DNA from: the human T2T-CHM13v2.0 reference genome, Homo sapiens
Strand: one strand, 5' to 3'
Length of the DNA stretch: 64,000 bases
NCBI RefSeq assembly: GCF_009914755.1
Contig: NC_060925.1
Position 1 is the stretch's first letter. The number at the start of each line of letters is the position of its first letter. Of this stretch, positions 52,714 to 64,000 are shown piece after piece. The notes under the pieces were generated by a model that had not been told where the DNA came from, did not search any database, and saw only the letters and a list, made by a program, of their open reading frames with translations. The translations under genes and the position numbers were made by a program.

Positions 52714-53173
52714 CGGGCACTCTCGGGCAGGGTTTCCCGAAGACACTGGCGTCTAAACCCCGCCTTCCTTTCTCAGAGGTCAGTTTGAAGCTGGCAGTTT
52801 GCAGTCTTCCCACCAGGGCAATGGGAATATTGAGCTTTTTCATTTATATTAGGAGGATTAAGCTTTGAGTCTCAGTCCTTAATCCCGCATCACCTGCCGT
52901 CCCTGGACTTTTTAGGTTATCACTTTTTAATACCCACTAGTTGGAAAGCACGTGCCACAGAGGAAAGGGAGTTTCCAAAGATGGGGGGATGGTTGAGATT
53001 TTAAATGGAGTGGTCTGGAAAGTCCTTAAGAAGAAAGTGATTTTGAACAAAAGTGATGGGTACGCTCTGCGGGCATTTTGGTCTGGGGCTCAGGTGGGTG
53101 GGTGTGGGTGTGATCTAAATTCTACTCGGAGGCCCAGGATTACTTACCTCCCTACTTGCTTCCTTAAGTATAG

Positions 53174-56510
<3,337 letters not shown>

Positions 56511-57547
56511 TAATACATCAACTGGTAAATGCTGTGGAGAACTATAAAGCAGGGAAGGGCAATAGGTAGTGTCAAGACGTAGGATTGGACTTACAAATGG
56601 CAGGGGATCGGAAGTAGGTAACTGAGGGAAGAGCAGTAAATATGGAAACAGGGAAATGGTTCCAAGATGGAACCATTCCTAGCATGTTTGAGTAATCACT
56701 GAGATTCTTCAATAACTTCAATTTTTTCTTTAATGCAACACTTTTTAGTTGAAGTCTGGTCACTAAAACACAGAATCAGCAGGAAAGGTTATTACTTTGC
56801 CCGTGTACAATGAAAGGCAGTGGGGATTTTAAGGCAAGGAAAAAAATACGGTCCTGGCTCTCAAGTCTACTGAGACAAAGACAAGTAAACACACAATTTT
56901 AATTCACTGTGAGAAGAATTATGATGGAAGTGTGCACAGGGTGCTTACTATAGGAGCATTAAATCAGACCGTAGAAGGGTAAAGGAAAGCTTTAAGTTGA
57001 ATTTTGAATGTTGAGGTAAGTTTCCTAGATAGGAAAGTAGTAAGAGCTAGAATTCTAGGCAGAGCATACACAAAGGTGTGGAACTGTGAAAAGTATGTGG
57101 TGTTCATAAAACTAAGTTGGAAGGTAGATTTATTTTCTCCATATAAAAACAGCATTCCCACGGTAATTAGTGCTGCTGCTTTTGCTATTTATAAATAAAA
57201 GAGGCAGTTTAGAAGGCCAAATTCTGAAGATCTAGTCTTTACCTGCTCCTCTTTCAGATATTTTTCTCATGGAATAAGATTAAGTGGTAGGTTGAAATAT
57301 ATCACTAGTTTGTGTTCAGTGGTTTCTTTTGTACATTGTATAGCCATTTAATACTCTTACCAGCAATAATATCACTTCAGAGTTATTAGTTCATCCTTTC
57401 TGTATAGTTTGATGTGGTAATGGAAAGCAGATCTTTTTTGTTTGCTCCTTTCAAACAATCCCCATTATTTCATACTGGGATTGACTAAAATCTGATGATA
57501 CATATATATATTTTTAATTTTGTCTTTTGGTTCTATTTTCTTTGTAG

Positions 57548-58249
57548 ATACTGAAGTACTCTTTCCCAGTGGGACTAAGAACCAGCAGAACAGATATACT
57601 TTCTCTCAAGATGTCTCTCCAGCAAAACTTTTCCCCATGTCCAAGGCCTTGGCTTTCCTCATCATTTCCAGCGTATATGAGCAAGACACAGTGCTATCAT
57701 ACATCCCCCTGCAGCTTTAAAAAGCAGCAGAAGCAAGCACTTCTAGCCAGACCCTCAAGCACCATCACTTACCTAACTGACAGCCCAAAGCCAGCATTAT
57801 GTGTAACTCTGGCAGGACTAATCCCCTTCGTTGCTCCACCACTGGTCATGCTGATGACAAAAACTTATATTCCCATATTAGCTTTTACTCAGATGGCTTA
57901 TGGAGCCAGTTTCCTATCTTTCTTGGGTGGGATCAGATGGGGTTTTGCTCTACCAGAAGGTAGTCCAGCCAAACCAGACTACCTTAATTTAGCTAGCAGT
58001 GCAGCTCCTCTTTTCTTTTCATGGTTTGCCTTCCTTATTTCTGAAAGACTTAGTGAAGCCATAGTCACAGTAATAATGGGTATGGGAGTAGCATTCCACC
58101 TTGAACTTTTTCTCTTACCACATTATCCCAACTGGTTTAAAGCCCTGAGGATAGTAGTCACTTTATTGGCCACTTTTTCATTTATAATCACTTTAGTAGT
58201 TAAAAGTAGTTTTCCAGAAAAAGGACATAAGAGACCTGGTCAAGTATAA
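57548..58249 (+). CDS. TMEM69: TMEM69 exon 3 coding part (233 aa; 247 aa in total), multi-pass membrane protein of DUF3429 type
   Basis: Acceptor ttctttgtag|ATACTG is in frame with ORF 57569-58249. About 5 hydrophobic segments; YGASFLSFLGGIRWG motif; stop TAA at 58247-58249. Confidence 0.95.
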   Translation: MLKYSFPVGLRTSRTDILSLKMSLQQNFSPCPRPWLSSSFPAYMSKTQCYHTSPCSFKKQQKQALLARPSSTITYLTDSPKPALCVTLAGLIPFVAPPLVMLMTKTYIPILAFTQMAYGASFLSFLGGIRWGFALPEGSPAKPDYLNLASSAAPLFFSWFAFLISERLSEAIVTVIMGMGVAFHLELFLLPHYPNWFKALRIVVTLLATFSFIITLVVKSSFPEKGHKRPGQV

Positions 58250-58790
58250 AAAATATAAAAGTCTGGGAAGTGAGGAGCACCTCTGCCCAGCTGCTGCCCC
58301 GTCTGGGAAGTGAGGAGCGCCTCTGCCTGGCCGCCTGACCATCTGGGAAGTGTGACAAGCGCCTCTGCCCGGCCGCTGTGCAACCTTCCACGTGTGAAGT
58401 GACAGCCTTGTGTGTGATCTTTTCTGTCTTCCCCAAGTTTGCATTTTCGACATTAAAGTTTACTTTTTAGTTAAAAGTTTTAAAAATATATATATATAAA
58501 TACACTGTAGATAACATTTGTATGCCAGCTACACCTTTTTCTACTTCTGTTTGGCTTTTTTTCCCCACACCAATGGTAATTTATCTTCACAGATTGTTCT
58601 TCATTTCTAGAAATTGTTACTTCATGGTAATTACTTGAGCAAAAGCTTGAAAATCCCTGACAAGTACTTTTCATCTCATAGTATATTAGTTTTCACTCAG
58701 TCATTTTATGAATAATATAGTTATCCACTTAAACATTTCAATATTTTAACCATCTTGAAAATTAAAGATTAAAAATCCCCTTTGTTAGAG
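58250..58790 (+). other. TMEM69: TMEM69 3'UTR with ATTAAA signals at 58452 (inside SVA2) and 58761/58768
   Basis: Follows the stop codon; poly(A) hexamers seen directly. End estimated. Confidence 0.7.
58261..58485 (+). mobile_element. SVA2-type VNTR retroposon (3 VNTR units plus SVA2/LAVA-type unique 3' end)
   Basis: Three ~40-nt units of the TCTGGGAAGTGAGGAGCGCCTCTGCC type, followed by GCTGTGCAACC...GTGACAGCCTTGTGTGTGATC...CATTAAAGTTTACTTTT. No SINE-R. Possible TSD AAAAATATA. Confidence 0.8.
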
Positions 58791-58859
58791 TCTTGTGATC
58801 ATTGAAAAGAATGCACATATTCTCCCACTTCAAGCGGAAAACCTCGTATCTGTGAGTAT
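58762..58859 (-). CDS. Probable alternative terminal coding exon of the convergent neighbour gene (likely IPP): xTHRYEVFRLKWENMCILFNDHKTLTKGIFNL*
   Basis: Strong acceptor ccttttcttttcag|ATAC at 58859, open frame to TAA at 58762, CATAAA variant signal at ~58704-58709. Assignment to IPP rests on recalled gene order, not on sequence in the window. Confidence 0.5.
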
Positions 58860-59237
58860 CTGAAAAGAAAAGGTAGTTCCATTGAGTTTTCACAGGAGTT
58901 ACCACTGGGAAAGGCATGTCCAAACTTATTTCACATGGTATAACCCAATTATATGAGCTAAAAGGATCTATGGCTCTAAAGTCAGTAGGGAGCAGTGTCA
59001 TGAGGGAAAGCCACATTCAAAGGTAAGTTGGACATGTTTTCCAGTTTTTATTAGGATATTTGGCATGGTACAGATAACAACTTGTCCCTTACCACCAAAC
59101 ACATAATAGCTGGTCAAAATGATTATTTTCAAAGGAAACTATTTAAAATAAAGCCACTAGTACATATAAATTAGGAAAGAAAAGTCAAGCTGGAGCCATC
59201 TTGATATTCTAATGAGCAGGCCTATCTAGTTCTACAT

Positions 59238-63367
<4,130 letters not shown>

Positions 63368-64000
63368 TAAAAAAGGGAGAAATTTCTAGGTGCATACTGC
63401 CTGCTGGACTGTATAGCCCATTACAACATCTGGTCACTAAGAACCTCCTATTAATTCCTTACTTGCATTCTCAGGATCAAGACAAAAAATATGAGCAAGC
63501 AAAAACTTATCATCAAGCAAAAAGGTATCTATCTATTAAAATAGCTAGATATTTCCCAAACACCCCTCCTAGGATATCTGCTGCCAATAAAAAGTTTGGG
63601 GCTAGTGAAAACTCTTGGCATTAAATAAAAGTAGGAATCTATTTCATTGGCTTTCTCTGTGGCTCAAACTATGGCCATGGAAAATTATGCTCTGGATATA
63701 ATTGTGAATATAGAGGTCTTTAAACTGTGTCATTGACACTATTCCTATATCACATAAAGTTTTATGTTACAATTTATACTGCACTGGAGAAGTAGCTAAA
63801 GGGACTATTTGCCAGGAAGCTTCTAGTAAATAATTTCTACAAATTTGTAAAATAGGAGTTGTCTACACTTAAACTGGAGAATTCTACAGCATAAATGGCA
63901 TTTCTATTATTAGTAAACCTGGCAAATCTGTGTGAGCTCTTTATTAATTGGGATATATTCCATATCCATTCTCACTCATATTTTTAGAAAAATCATTCTT

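Noticed and set aside
58261-58376. Regularly spaced ~40-bp repeats as a CRISPR-like array
   Set aside because: Human DNA; the units are SVA-type VNTR without unique spacers.

Overview
Human (primate) genomic DNA, very Alu-rich. From its proteins I recognise the chr1p34.1 GPBP1L1-TMEM69-IPP region. The minus strand carries the 5' part of GPBP1L1 (vasculin-like protein 1): three non-coding exons (including a 1,042-nt leader exon) and five coding exons encoding aa 1-248; the gene continues off the left edge. A CpG island at ~50.4-51.7 kb holds the GPBP1L1 promoter, and the head-to-head TMEM69 promoter lies ~0.9 kb beyond it at ~52.5 kb. TMEM69 (+ strand, 3 exons, 247 aa) is complete. GPBP1L1 intron 6 holds two processed ribosomal-protein pseudogenes (RPS15A-derived, RPL7A-derived). 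Most interesting observations: (1) the GPBP1L1 5' leader has ~20 uAUGs, an in-frame stop-start junction (UAA-AUG), a non-AUG-extendable uORF, a perfect hairpin and an internal alternative 3' splice site; (2) exons 7+8 (267 nt, phase 0-0) are bracketed by inverted Alus and would back-splice into a circle with a stop-free rolling ORF; (3) an SVA2-type VNTR retroposon sits 11 nt after the TMEM69 stop and carries a poly(A) signal; (4) a probable antisense terminal exon (likely IPP) overlaps the TMEM69 3' end; (5) a solo poly(A) TPRT insertion. Exon numbers come from my own model. Repeat family names are by-eye recognition, not RepeatMasker output.
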